Shown here: piece after piece, positions 1 through 12,014 of the stretch
Layout of the letters: the number at the start of each line of letters is the position of its first letter
Numbering within the stretch: position 1 is the first letter of the stretch
Origin: the human T2T-CHM13v2.0 reference genome, Homo sapiens
Assembly: GCF_009914755.1 (NCBI RefSeq)
Contig: NC_060926.1
DNA length: 64,000 nt
Reading direction: 5' to 3' (one strand)
The notes under the pieces: generated by a model
Database searches by the model: none
What the model was told of the DNA's origin: nothing
Seen by the model: the letters and a program-made list of their open reading frames with translations, nothing else
Made by a program: the position numbers and the translations under genes

Positions 1-239
1 ATGTTTTATTACAAAATCAGCCAATACTGTTTAAGGATTACATTAAAATTGGTAAACTGCCAATTGAAAAAAAACATTAAAAATAGATAATATCTGAATA
101 ATTATTTTAAATAAAAATATGTGTTTTTGCCTAGTGACATCCATTCTCACAGAAAAGTGGTATTGAATGTTTCATGGTACATCTATCTCACAGCTAAGAC
201 ATTAAAATGTGTTGAGAAATTAGTTTCCTTGCTATTCTT

Positions 240-544
240 TTTTTTTTTTTTTTTTTTTTTTTGAAACAGAGTTTCGCTCGTCTCACTCAGGCTGGAGTGC
301 AGTGGCACAATCTCGGCTCACTGCAACCCCCGCCTCCTGGGTTCAAGCGAGTCTCCTGACTCAGCCTCCTGAGTAGCTGGAATTACAGGCACCCACCACT
401 ATGCCTGGCTAATTTGTGTATTTTTAGTAGAGATGGGGTTTCACCATGTTGGCCAGCCTGGTCTTGAACTCCTGACCTCAGGTGATCCACCCGCCTTGGC
501 CTCCCAAAGTGCTGAGATTACAGGCGTGAGCCACCACTCCCTCC
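240..544 (-). mobile_element. Alu SINE (AluS family), full length
   Basis: Poly-T followed by the reverse-complement Alu body (GCTGGAGTGCAGTGGC...GACCTCAGGTGATCC...GTGAGCCACC); TSD TTGCTATTCTT at 229-239 and 545-555. Confidence 0.97.
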
Positions 545-757
545 TTGCTATTCTTGAGCACATTGTAGTAAAATGACCTATTTGGAGCCAGAAATGAACC
601 AGCCACCTACACAAACTCTTGTTAATCTTTTCAGCCAAATTATAGCCTTAAATTTTAATCTCAGAAGAAAATTTTTGTCACTCAATCTGTGAAATACAGG
701 ATCAAATAAATGGCTTTTGCTTTAATTTTTTTTACACTTCATGACATAGTTGCTTAC

Positions 758-844
758 CATGTAGAATACTTATTGCTAGCAATGTAATTATCATGAACAG
801 TGTCTGAAACATCCATTTTTAGTCAAGTTCTGTGACTAATCAAG
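758..844 (-). other. Candidate exon encoding a signal-peptide-like N-terminus (MFQTLFMIITLLAISILH+G)
   Basis: Minus strand: acceptor ...tgtatgttttag at 845-846, donor CATG|GTAAGC at 757. ATG at 812 gives 18 mostly hydrophobic codons and a phase-1 junction. No homologue recognised. Confidence 0.3.
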
Positions 845-899
845 CTAAAACATACATTTTCAAGAGATCCACCTGAGGACTGTCTATCCATGGATTTTC

Positions 900-1056
900 T
901 ATCCCACTGCACTTTAAAATTGACTGGGAGCTTCTATAAAATGCTCTCTGGATGTGCCTCATACCAAATAAATAGTAATCTTTGAAGGTGTGGCCTTGGG
1001 TTATATTTTTTAAAACTCTACAGATAATTTTAAGGTGAACCAAGGTTAAATACCAT
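900..1056. mobile_element. MER5-like hAT-Charlie DNA transposon fossil
   Basis: Degenerate MER5 motifs (aatctttgaaggtgtggcc...aaaactctacagataattttaaggtgaaccaaggttaaataccatt). Confidence 0.6.
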
Positions 1057-1829
1057 TTATTTGAACCAAATGAATATTCAGAAACATGTTATTCAATTTT
1101 TAGTCACTTGTTGAGAACTAATTTCTTGACAAAAAAGACATTCACTTTGTGGTTAATGTCAAAAATTTTACCTTTCATTTCTTAATATGAAATATATTGC
1201 AGAAATCCCTGATAATCACAAACACCTGCATTTTAAAAGATTTCCATTATTATGAACTATTTTTTATTATTATTTGGATCTTCCTGGGGAGACTTTATCT
1301 CACTGGGAGGTAATCTATGTTAAGTCTTAATTCAAAAAATGAAAGTTCTTGAGAAAGGGTTGAAGCATATAGGTCATTAGCAAAAAGCTGATGTTGAAAT
1401 ATTCACTGAAGTATCCATTATAATAATGAATACTAAATTACTATAAGATTTATTTTCCTAGAATAGTAATTTTCCCATGTGAGCACTCTGCAATATTTTA
1501 CAGTAGTAGGTTCACTTCGAGAGTTGTTTCTGAATACGTATAGCATATGAACTAAATCAAATTGGTAAAAATAAACATAGAAGTGAGGGAGTAACCAAAA
1601 AAAAAATAAAGTTATATCCAACCTTTTGTTTCAGAACAATAAAATGCAATCTACTGAAATAAAATATTTGATTAATTTAAGAGGTTGGTATTTAGTAGCA
1701 AAATTTAAAGCAATAAAATAGTTTTGGTAATGGTATTTAAAAGTAACCTAAATTTAAGTATTTCTTCTCATCAAAAGATACTTCTATTATAATAAAATAT
1801 CAATTTTAAATTATAATTCTTAAAATATT

Positions 1830-2310
1830 TATTAAGTGCAAAGTTTAATGATATACTGTACCAGAGATATAAATATAAGTAAGAGATGATTCCTGCCTTT
1901 AATAAATAGGTATTCAAGTGTGGATGACACAGACATATGCAGAAAACTCGCAATGTAGTGACTGCTATACTAATAAAGTGTGGTGATCAGAAGAGGGCAT
2001 GTTTCAGTTATGAGGCATTGACCAAGGCTGACCAAAGGAAGAGATGTTGAAATGGGTTTTAAAGAATCAGGAGAAGTTCTCCATAGGGAGCAGAATGGGT
2101 AAAGTGAATCAATAAACTTAGAGCATTCTGCAGAAAGGTAAGCTGTTCAATAGGGACAGAAATGAGAATGTAAGTGCAAAGACCAGCTGTTAGTGGGGCT
2201 GTAGTCTCCTTGGCCCCAGATCATAAAGGGCCTTGAAAGTTAAGCCAAGGTTTCTGCTCTTCTTCCCAGGGGCAATGGAAAACCATTCAAACAATGTAAT
2301 TTTGAGTTTC
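1830..2310 (-). mobile_element. LINE-2 fragments
   Basis: L2-like phrases gatgattcctgcctt..., ccagatcataaagggccttg...ggcaatggaaaaccatt. Confidence 0.55.
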
Positions 2311-2885
2311 TTAAGACTCCTGTTTCCTTGGCCACTTTCCTTAGCCTGACACCAGCTTGCCTTCCTACAGCCATACATGAATTTTCTTTCATATTGATGA
2401 TTTTGCTAACTAATTAAAATGTTTCACAAACAATGACTTGATTTCTTAAAAATCAGAACAAAAACAGTGAATGTCCCATAAATATATGTACACATAATTT
2501 ATATTATTTCTCTTAAAGATGAGCCATTATGATTGAGGTTTATAATTTCTTCAGTATGTGCAAATACTATAATTTTGATGTATAAGTACAATCACAGATG
2601 AAATACAAATTTAGTTTATAATAAGTTTGAAAAAGCTTTGCAACCAATAAATAATGCCTACTTCATCTGAAAAACTTGAGAATTAAATCAGAGGAAGGAG
2701 TTGCAGACTAAGGGATTTCTGGGGAAAGGCTGTACAAATAATTACCCTAAGAACACAGCTGTGTTTGCTTTGTTGTTGGATAAAAAATGGTATTAACCTT
2801 AAGGTTTCTTTTATAATCCTGGGAAATTTTAAGTTTTCAAAATGTTTTACTTGTTGAAAGTAAGCAAATTAATACTACAAACAAA

Positions 2886-3610
2886 CATTCATTCATTCAA
2901 CAAATATTTATGAAACACCAATATAAGTGAGGCAACTTTCTAGAAACAGAGTATGCAGCCAAGAAACAGAGTAGAACTGTCCCTGACCTCATAGGGCTTA
3001 TCTTCTAGTGAGGGTTGTCAATATGTGGGCAGGGGTAGAGTCAAATAATAGGGAAATTAACTGGTGCACAATATTAACAGATAATGGTTGCTGTTGAAAC
3101 AAGAAGAGATTGGATTGCTAACAGAGGGAGGAATTTGTTCATTTTTATTGAATAGTTGGAGAAGGGTTCACGAATAAGGTAACATTTAAGCCATGCATAT
3201 AGAAGAGAGCAGCAAGAACAAACCTCAAGTTTAAAAAGTGCTCCCCGCTGTTCAAGGGGAAGCAAGAAGTCCAATGTAGCTGCAAGACAATAAGTCAATG
3301 ATAGGATGACCAACAGGAGATGTGGACAAAATGTAGAGATGCGTGGAGCAAGGGAGATGGAGCCAAATATTGTAGGGCCTTGCTGGCCATTTGGGGACCT
3401 TTTTTTTCTTTTACTGAGTGAGGTAGGAATTCATTGGACAGTCTTACATTTTAGAAGAATTAATCTGGCTTTTCCTAAATCTAGATTGTGGAGAATGAGG
3501 GTATAAGGAGTCTATTGTGATAACCCAGGGGAAAGCTGATGGATGCTTGGATCAGAGTGAAAGCAGGGAAGGCAGGGACACATGGTTCTATTCTAAGTGT
3601 ATTTGTTTTG
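2886..3610 (-). mobile_element. LINE-2 (L2a-like) 3' end
   Basis: CATTCATTCATTCAACAAATATTTA (reverse complement of the L2 tail), gtccctgacctcatagggcttatcttctagtg, and a purine-rich L2 body. Confidence 0.85.
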
Positions 3611-4194
3611 AAGACATAAGAAACATGAATATCAATATGTAAAATATTAAGTTACTATCTACTTAATATGAAAATTATCTCCATATATGTGACAGGCTTT
3701 TATTATTACCAAAAACACAATAATCACAAAGGCTTCTTCAACTCTAAAACAGTTAAGAAAATATTTCATATATTTTTCATTGACATCAAACATCAAAAAG
3801 GAGAGAGGAAAAACTATCTTTGTGATTGTTGTGTGTCCAATCTATGTGTTGGCACATAAATACATTTACTTTACTTATAATATAGTATCTGATCTGAAAA
3901 ATAAACTGTTGGAATATATGTGGATGTTTGTTTCCTTCTAATCATTTAAACTGACTGTGTTATTGAAATCAAATTTATAAACTGCCTGCCTATGTAGACA
4001 CCCAGAAGCAATTACAAATGCATTGAAAACATCATTACTTACATTCTGGCCCTATACAGTCTAGAAGTGGTATCTTTTCTTCCTGGCTAGGTAGTTATTC
4101 TGAATCAAGGAGTCTGACTACTTCCGGTAGAAAGCCAACAGTGGGACTTCAACCATTACTTAAATGTAGGCTGGAGACAGAATCTGAAAAGGTT

Positions 4195-4560
4195 TTCATT
4201 TGCAAATTACTGCATAACATACTACTTCAAATTTATTAGCTTAAAACATGAAGCACTTATGATTTCTCATAAGTCTCAATGGATCTCAGCTCTGCTTCTT
4301 CCCTTGTCTGAAGTTTGCTGGCAGGCTGGTAGGGGCTAGCCCGTCTAGGATAGTCTTAGCTGGTATGACTCAGCTCTGCCCCTTGGATTCTTCTCATAGT
4401 GAAGGTGAAAGTACATGGGACAAAGTGAAAAATGCACATACTTTTTCAAACCTCTGCTTGTGTTAAGTCTGATAATGTCCTATTGGCCAAATCAAGTCAC
4501 CTGGCCAAGCGCACATTCATGGTGTGGGGGTAAAAGGTCTCTGATTATTTAATAAAAAGA
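4195..4560 (-). mobile_element. MLT1 (ERVL-MaLR) solo LTR
   Basis: actgcataacatactacttcaaa...agcttaaaaca at one end; cctattggccaaatcaagtcacctggccaagc is typical of old MLT1. Confidence 0.75.
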
Positions 4561-5629
4561 ACTTCAAAATCACAAGAACTTTAAAGAGCAAACAAAACAA
4601 ACAGCCTCAACCACAAACACAAAAATCATTACAACCATCATATCTGTGACAAGTGTCAAGTTTGGAAGACAAGCAAGTTTGGTTAAGGCCTTATTCCAAA
4701 TTCTGACCTTTTGTTGTTCACCAAAATGTGGTTGCAGTGCCTAGAACAGAAAAGTGATTCAAAGGCTGTTTAAAACACTTCCAAATACTCCCCCCAAAGC
4801 TTACCCTGGTAAGCACACTAATAGGATCACACAAGATCACATTTTGGACACTTAAGTGAAAAATAAGAGATACAAGACATGAAATTCAAGAACTATTCAG
4901 TTCAGTCTTTGGAAAAAGACAAGGCAATTTCTGGTTGGAGCTGATCCCCTGGCTCTTAAATTGTACTTGATTTCTTCAAGTTTCAATAATCAGATCTTTG
5001 AAAATTTCACCCCATGCACTCTGATATCTTATACTTTTTCTCTTTTATTGACATCAGACAACAGCTAAATTGGATTGCCAAGTATGAATCAAAATAATTC
5101 AAAGATGATTAAAATATTAAGGATGTCTCAAAGGCATGACAATGTACCAGTCTAGCACACTAGTCCAGAAAATGTAACCAAGTCTAGTGTAGTGTTTTCC
5201 AGAAGGTCTTTTAATATAAGCAATTAATTTTTAAAATGTTACAATAAAATTAATATAAACTTCATGCCTAGAATCTGTTAAACTCATTCTTCCTCCTGAT
5301 AATTATTCCAATTAATTTGTGGTCAAATAATAGTGATTATGGAAATTTTAGAGATTCCACATCTTCTTATTCTGACTATAAACCACAGTCTGGGTAATTT
5401 GCTGCATCAATAATGTCAAAATTAATAAGCTAAAGTCAAAACAGTATTAGAAACAGTTTTAATATTTACTACAAATATACCTAAAATCTGCTTTAGACAA
5501 GAGAGAATTAAGTAAATAAAAGCCAACAACATTAAGAATTTATTTTGTTATTACCAAAAACTACATATAACATTTCCTATTATCCTTGATTCAACGCTTT
5601 TGCCAGTTAGGACTCCAATATGTACTTAC

Positions 5630-5790
5630 CCATATCCCAAAGACCCGTATTCTGTATCCTGATGCCTCTTTCTCTTCTTTCCTTGATTAATCATTGCTGT
5701 AACTGCTGTAGCTGTTCTATAGCAGTTCTCTCTTTTCTGCCATAGATGGAAGCCATTTTGAAAATTCTAACTTCCAGTTGAGTAGCCAGG
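5630..5790 (-). other. Candidate minus-strand exon (possible first or 5'UTR exon); 5' boundary uncertain
   Basis: Consensus donor TGG|GTAAGT (5624-5629); purine-rich body with no recognisable repeat; YY1-like GCCATTTTG at 5752-5760; ATGs at 5756 and 5694. Confidence 0.3.
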
Positions 5791-5826
5791 AATTTTTGCT
5801 ATTAATAAATTTCTTTCTTGTGGAAG

Positions 5827-5831
<5 letters not shown>

Positions 5832-5872
<41 letters not shown>
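5832..5872. repeat. (TG)20 microsatellite
   Basis: Perfect TG run. Confidence 0.99.
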
Positions 5873-5876
<4 letters not shown>

Positions 5877-6702
5877 GTGTATATCTAAAACTTTAATTTT
5901 CCTATCTTATTATTTTCTTCCCCTTAGACAAATCTCAGTTTGTTATTATTGTACCTAGAGTAGGAGCTAAGAATAATGGCTAGTTTAGAGATGGAAGTCT
6001 GAAAAATTCCTGAATCTAAGCAGTTAACCTTCTTTCTATGTTCCTTTTGATGAGATTCTGTACTGTGACTATTTGTAAATATAAAAGCAGCTCCCTGAGA
6101 CAGATGGTTATTTACAGTGTTTTCTCTATTATGCAGGATAAATTATTAACAAGAAAATAATTGAATATTGAATATGCCCTGGCAAAGAAATAATCTTTCA
6201 CCAAGTCTGTCACACAGTATGCTGCAAGCATGCATTCCAATTAGTAGAGTGGGCCAAGTAGATTAATGTATCAAATTGTTTAAATTCATGATTCAATCCT
6301 ACTTTCCTTAAGAACTTAGTACAATTGCAAATCAATTATTATTCAAGTTTGTTAACTTTCTGCAAATTTCAACTATATTTTATGACTCATGGATTTAAAT
6401 CATAATTCAATATGCATATAATTGAAAAAGTTTTCTCAAAAGCTTGTTTTCATTTATTTTCATTTTGATAGCATTATATCACAGCTGATCAAGTAATTTA
6501 TCATGTTAACATATTAAAATGCATTCATAGGAAATATTTTACCTCATTTTTATAAGTAATTTTTTAAGCTACCAAGGATTGGAATAGAAAAGAACATAGT
6601 TAGGAGAGGGAATAGCCAAATTATTTTCATATCTTTGGATCATACTATCAATAGGAGAAAAAGCAAAACTGTTTAACCATTATAAAATAACAGTAGACTA
6701 TA

Positions 6703-6860
6703 TCAATGGTTCTCAAAGTGTGCAGTACCTGGAAATTTGTGAGAATTGCAAACTCTATCACCCCAGAACTTCTGAATCAGAAAGTCTGCAATTAGGGCCC
6801 AGCCATCAGTATTTTGACCTCAAACTGATTCTGATGAAAAGGTAAAGTTGCACAACTACT
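6703..6860. mobile_element. MER5A hAT-Charlie DNA transposon
   Basis: caatggttctcaaagtgtg...cttctgaatcagaaagtctg...gggcccagc...tgattctgatg...aaagttg...actact. Confidence 0.85.
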
Positions 6861-6869
6861 CTCCTATTG

Positions 6870-7060
6870 AGCTTTTATCTCTTCAAGCACTGTTGCAGTC
6901 ATATTATCATTTAATCTACATTTAAAAGACAAAGTATTATCACAATATTTAACAAATGAGAAAAATGAAATTCAGGAAGATTATGATTAGCTTCTTCAAA
7001 GCTCCTCAGCTACATTGATGGCAGAACCAATATCTGATTTGACTTTCACTAACATTTGTC
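6870..7060 (-). mobile_element. MIR SINE
   Basis: MIR core atttaacaaatgagaaaaatgaaattcagg...cagctacattgatggcagaacca. Confidence 0.75.
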
Positions 7061-7174
7061 TCCATTAACAAACTCATAATTTTCAGCCTAAATGGATAGA
7101 AACATTAAAGGAAAAGGAAAGTCTAAGTCAGCTGCAAAGAATTATGTTACATAGTTTCTGCTATGGAGCCAACT

Positions 7175-7500
7175 TTCATTCTTTCAACAAGTATTATACC
7201 AGGGACTATGGTAGGTACAGGAGATACAACCAGAAGCAAAACAGAGTTCTTTCTCTTATGGATCTTGCCATCTACCACGAGAAGCAGGAAAAAAAAAAAG
7301 GATAATTTCACTATAGAAGAAAATATATAAAGGATGTAAAGGTCACTACGATGGGCACATAGGAAAAACGCTTCTTCTGGCTCTAAGATTAAAGGAAGAG
7401 GAGGCAGGTGGTTCCTGCAACATGAGGTGTAACTAATCTTTCAGTAGAGTAGGGGAGAAAATATCTTAATCCATAAAAATAGCTAAAGATGTGAGAGAGA
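7175..7500 (-). mobile_element. LINE-2 fragment
   Basis: ttcattctttcaacaagtatt...ggtacaggagataca...ctcttatggatcttgccatcta. Confidence 0.65.
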
Positions 7501-7592
7501 AGAATGGGCATGCATCTTTATTATCCTGCCATTTGTTATCTAAAGAACAGTGCAAACATTTTTAATTTTCATTATTATGAAGGGCTATTGTC

Positions 7593-7672
7593 TGTATATT
7601 ATATTTATATGTATGTGTATATATATTTATATGTGTATGTGTGTATATATATGTGTGTGTGTATATATGTAT
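7593..7672. repeat. Degenerate (TA)/(TG) low-complexity repeat
   Basis: Mixed TATG/TGTA run. Confidence 0.9.
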
Positions 7673-9180
7673 TTGAAATCCAAAATGTTTTCAATTGAGT
7701 TTTCTTATTAGAATGCAATAATTTAAATATTTTAGAGCATAAAAATTAAGCTAATATTCATTCAGTTTATTAAAAAACTATAATTTGGAAGATTAAAAAC
7801 AAAAACAATAGTTCACAGCTTATTTTATATTTGTGGGAATCAGATACAAAAAAAAGGTGACTTGATGCCCCTAGAAAATATTTACAGTCAATACAAACAT
7901 GGGAGACAGCTTTGAATATGGTGTAGAATACATGTTAATAAAAATGTATAATATACACAAACTTCTGGTCTGCTGCAGTTTGTATAGCATTATGAAATTA
8001 ATGAAAATATATTATTTTCATAACAAGTGTCAGCAAAATGCAGCACAGTAATGTTAAACTATTCTATTTTTGCAGATTCAACCTCATATTCAGTTTTCTC
8101 TTACACTCCAGCATTACATATGATGAATGTGAAAAAATAAACAGGCAAACACCTAATATATTATAGCAGATGGAGAAAAAATAGCTAAATCGGAATGATT
8201 TCCCTAAATTTTCAGTATGTGAAGCAATGAAAATAAAAATTTAATATTCAGCCTCCTCATTTTAATTATTTCACAACAGTGAACCCATAGTGATCAGGGT
8301 ATTTTGTGTATTAAATTATATTGTTTGGCATTATTGTTACGTGATTCTAGATAATATTTCTATCAGCTAACTAATTTCTACATTAACCAAAATGTATAGC
8401 TAATAGGCCAATAAACATGACGAGGGAAAAGAGGACTTTCTAACCCTTTGTGAGTCCACAAAAATGCTCATTTCTAGAAAAACCAAAGAATACATTGACC
8501 TCACTATCAATCAGGTAATGTCAATGTTAGCTGCAGCTCTGGCTGTGCGCAAATTCTTTTTGCAACAAGGTGAGACATAAATAAATATCCCGTCAGTGAT
8601 ATTAAATATTTATTACATTAAACTTTTAAGTATTGAAAACAACTTTTAATCTCAGGAAGAAATATTATGATAGTTTAAAATTAGTTCATAAATAATTGGA
8701 TATTTATAGATACAGTAGGTTGCTTTCAGAGTTTGCTCTCAGCAGGGAATTAAAATGCACCTCTATGCACATGCTGGTGCAGAAGAGATGAAATGCAAAA
8801 CCAAGATCTCTCCAGAGGACACCAACATTCTTGGACAATTTCCAAAAGGAGGCACAAAGTACAGGCTAGTTCTAATTTGGTGTCTGATAGCCAAGAGAGA
8901 AGGCCATTGTTGTGGAGGTGATGAATGGGGAGGCAATGAGGAGGGGTCATTACAGAAATAGCAAGCAGTTGTGGCAGTTTTTTGAGTTAAATTTTACAAA
9001 GAATATTTTGAAAACAAGATGGGCCAAACAGAACCAAACCATCTGTCTATCTTGGGTCTCAAAGCTGTTGGGGAAGAGACAGTTATTGAGAAACCATATC
9101 CATCCCAAAGATCTTAAATTGGAAGCATAGTCAAGGGGTTATAATGCCTTCTTCGGTTGACAAGTTCTAACCCGCTTCAG

Positions 9181-9296
9181 TCTATTACAATCTCAGATGT
9201 TGTCTGTAATAATGCTTGGTGTCCTATGTCGTTGGATCCAGACATCGTTGGAATAACCAACCATGTCCCAGAACAGTGCTTAATGGAAACAACTAA
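9181..9296 (+). other. Candidate internal exon (116 nt)
   Basis: Branch-like CTAAC plus ccgcttcag acceptor at 9180; donor TAA|GTGAGT at 9297; one open frame (SITISDVVCNNAWCPMSLDPDIVGITNHVPEQCLMETT). Confidence 0.25.
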
Positions 9297-10989
9297 GTGA
9301 GTCTAGGATTAGGTCAGGGTTTGATATTATCTATGCTATTTATTGACTAAAATATTTCAAATGCAATCTAGCCTGGAATAGAAAGGTAGACAAGTCAATC
9401 TAGAATAGAGGTAAAAATTATTCAAATTAATTTTGCAAGTGGATGTTTTAAATGCATGTCTATTATGACATGTTTTCTAGACTCTTTAAAGAACTATGTC
9501 AGATATGAAGTAGTATTTATTCGACTTCAGAGTGAACTGAGACAACCCATGATTTAGAAATGAGGCAAAAATTGTCTCAGAATAGACTACAGTTAAATAA
9601 ATAATACTTATAAGTTTATAAGTATTGTATAACGATACTCATGCATATAAGAAATCATGGTATTTCTCCATTTACAATTTTGAAATTTCTATTTTCCTAT
9701 TAAAATAAAGAAAAATACATCATCTATGCTAGAGGGCTTCATGTAGCCAAGTGGCATTACTCCAGCATTGAGCCCCCAAAAGAAGAAAAGAGGTGATAGG
9801 ATAAGGAAAGAGCACAAAGAAACTTGCAGTAAACTGCACATACTTTTGTCCTTCAAGAGGCATTATATTTTCCTTAAATTCATTGCCAGTTTTCCTTGGG
9901 GACCATTGTCTGTTTTCTTTAAGAGAATGTGAGGATATATTTATGTATTTTAACTGCTAAATTAATAGTTAAAAATTCAATGTGACTTTTATTTCTTTCA
10001 AAGAATGAGATTAAAATTTTAAATGGTTTCTTTTATTAAAAAGAGACTATATGCAGTTTTATCCAAATACTTTTTCTATGTGTTTAATTATTGTATAACC
10101 ACTAAACATATTATATAATTTGTTTTTATGCAATAGTAGTGGATATGTTTTTAAAAGTTTAACTAATATATTTTTAAGATGAATAGAACAAACATTTAAT
10201 ATCACTTAAAAGTGATATTAGAATGTACTACCCTGCACTAACAGCTATTTTTGTTACATAAATCTTTAAATACACTTTCTTATTCTTGCAGTCATAGTTA
10301 AGGAAGAAGTTGTAGAAAAAAAGTAAACATATGGTAGATGCTATTTATTCTTTTTTCTGGTAATATGAAAAGTCAAATTTAGAATTTCAAGCTAGAAATA
10401 TCTCAGAGAGTATAGTATCTTTTACCTTAAATATATTCTAAATTGGTATGAAATATTTCAGTATCTCATCCAAACTTGTCATAAAGTTCACTTTATTATT
10501 TTCATTTTCTTATTTAATATTCTCTTCTGATAACTGCAACATTCGTGGTGAATGTGATTCAGAGTTTTCAGTGGCTGTGAAAAGTCCAGTTAGTCATAGA
10601 ATTGGTAGCTATGGAAGAACTTTGGAGAATATTTCAGATTCTTATAGTGTGTTGAGAAATATAAATCATTGCATTCAAATATTAACTAAATTACTGCTCA
10701 CCTCTGACTGTGAAGGAGTCGGGGGGGGTTCAGATTGTATTGGATTTACTCAATTTATTCTAAAAGTGCCAAATGCATGTTTGGACAGTAGTTCATTTTA
10801 AATTTCTTTAAATATCTCTAGTGTCATATATAATAACAAATGAATTATAATGTATATTCAATGACTATATTTAGTGTCATCCTGCTTTTCCTTCTTTAGA
10901 ATTTTATTAGACCACCTTACATAAAAACAGCATCATCAAATTCTGATGTGGTATGATTTTCTCTGTTGAATAAATATTTCAAAAAAGCC

Positions 10990-11465
10990 AGGGGCATTAG
11001 TTAAGAGGAGCATTAAAAAAACAACCCAAATGTCAATCCAAGTTAGTATGGATAAATAAAATGTAGCATATCTATGCAATGCAATGCATCCAATGATGGA
11101 AATGAATGAGCACAGAGCAAAATAAAATGTGCAGTGAAAGAAGTAAAACCAAAGAATACATATCCTATGATTCTTTTTTATAAAGAGTTCAAAATCAGGC
11201 AAAACTGTTTTATATCATTTAGAAGTACATACTATAAAGAGCTTCACAGCAAGTCAAAAAAAGGGGGGGCCATAAGTGTTAGCATAGAGGTTTGCCTCCA
11301 GGAGGGAGAACAGCCCCTGGAAATAGAAAGTGGCACAAGAGGGTTATCTTCTGGGGTGTTGGCAATAGTCTCTTTCTTGACCTGAGGGCAGTTACATAGG
11401 TGTTTGCTTTACAATAACACATTAATCTCTGTAGCCTTCTGTATATGTGCCCTAATTCTCAGTAA
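10990..11465 (+). mobile_element. Old L1 (L1ME-like) 3' end
   Basis: acaacccaaatgtc...ggataaataaaatgtagcatat...aaaatcaggcaaaact...cttctggggtgttggcaatagtctctttcttgacctg. Confidence 0.8.
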
Positions 11466-11474
11466 AAATAGATA

Positions 11475-11516
<42 letters not shown>
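11475..11516. repeat. (ATG)14 microsatellite followed by a short (GGAT)n
   Basis: Direct reading; explains the poly-His in ORF 11409..11663. Confidence 0.98.
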
Positions 11517-11659
11517 GTAGAATAGATGGATGGATGGATACATAGATGTAAAAGGAAAGGGAATAATTAAAATCAATAAAACTAGGATATTTGATCTATT
11601 GCTGTCTATTTCAACCAAGAGGTACAGTTGGACTGCCATAGAAGGTACATCATAAAGGG

Positions 11660-11870
11660 TCATGGTACATACTTTGGAAAGAAGTCTAAGACAGGAACTA
11701 AAAAGTTGGGTCTAGAATCCAGATCTATACTTTGACACATTCTGTGTATATCATGGAAATGATCACTTCAATTCTTTGTGCATCAGGGTTCTTATCTGCC
11801 CACTGAGGTAATAACCATTTATAGAAAAGTCTGTGATAATTTCAATGAGATTATACAAATTATTTGGATA
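11660..11870 (+). mobile_element. MIR SINE
   Basis: gggtctagaatccagatct...gatcacttcaattctttgtgcatcagggttcttatctg. Confidence 0.7.
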
Positions 11871-12014
11871 ATAATTTTTCATCTGCATCTTTCTCCCAAA
11901 TCCTCCAATCCTGTACATGAGGATGTAAAAAAAATTATGAGGTATAATTACCAGTAAGCACCATCTACTTTTACATATTTCATGTATGCAGTTTTTTGTT
12001 CGACAAACTTTTGT

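Noticed and set aside
4799-4814. GCTTACC-CT-GGTAAGC back-to-back splice donors forming a palindrome
   Set aside because: 7-bp arms and no matching acceptor or exon found on either strand.
10702-10759. Minus-strand pseudo-exon (cttttag ... GAG|GTGAGC)
   Set aside because: Stops in all frames and no other support. Similar isolated donors near 13765, 14160, 21405 and 29220 are expected background.
10448-10801. 117-aa plus-strand ORF, the longest outside repeats
   Set aside because: No recognisable domain, AT-driven composition and no convincing exon boundaries; this length is plausible by chance in 64 kb.
11409-11663. ORF with poly-histidine
   Set aside because: Translation of the (ATG)n microsatellite.
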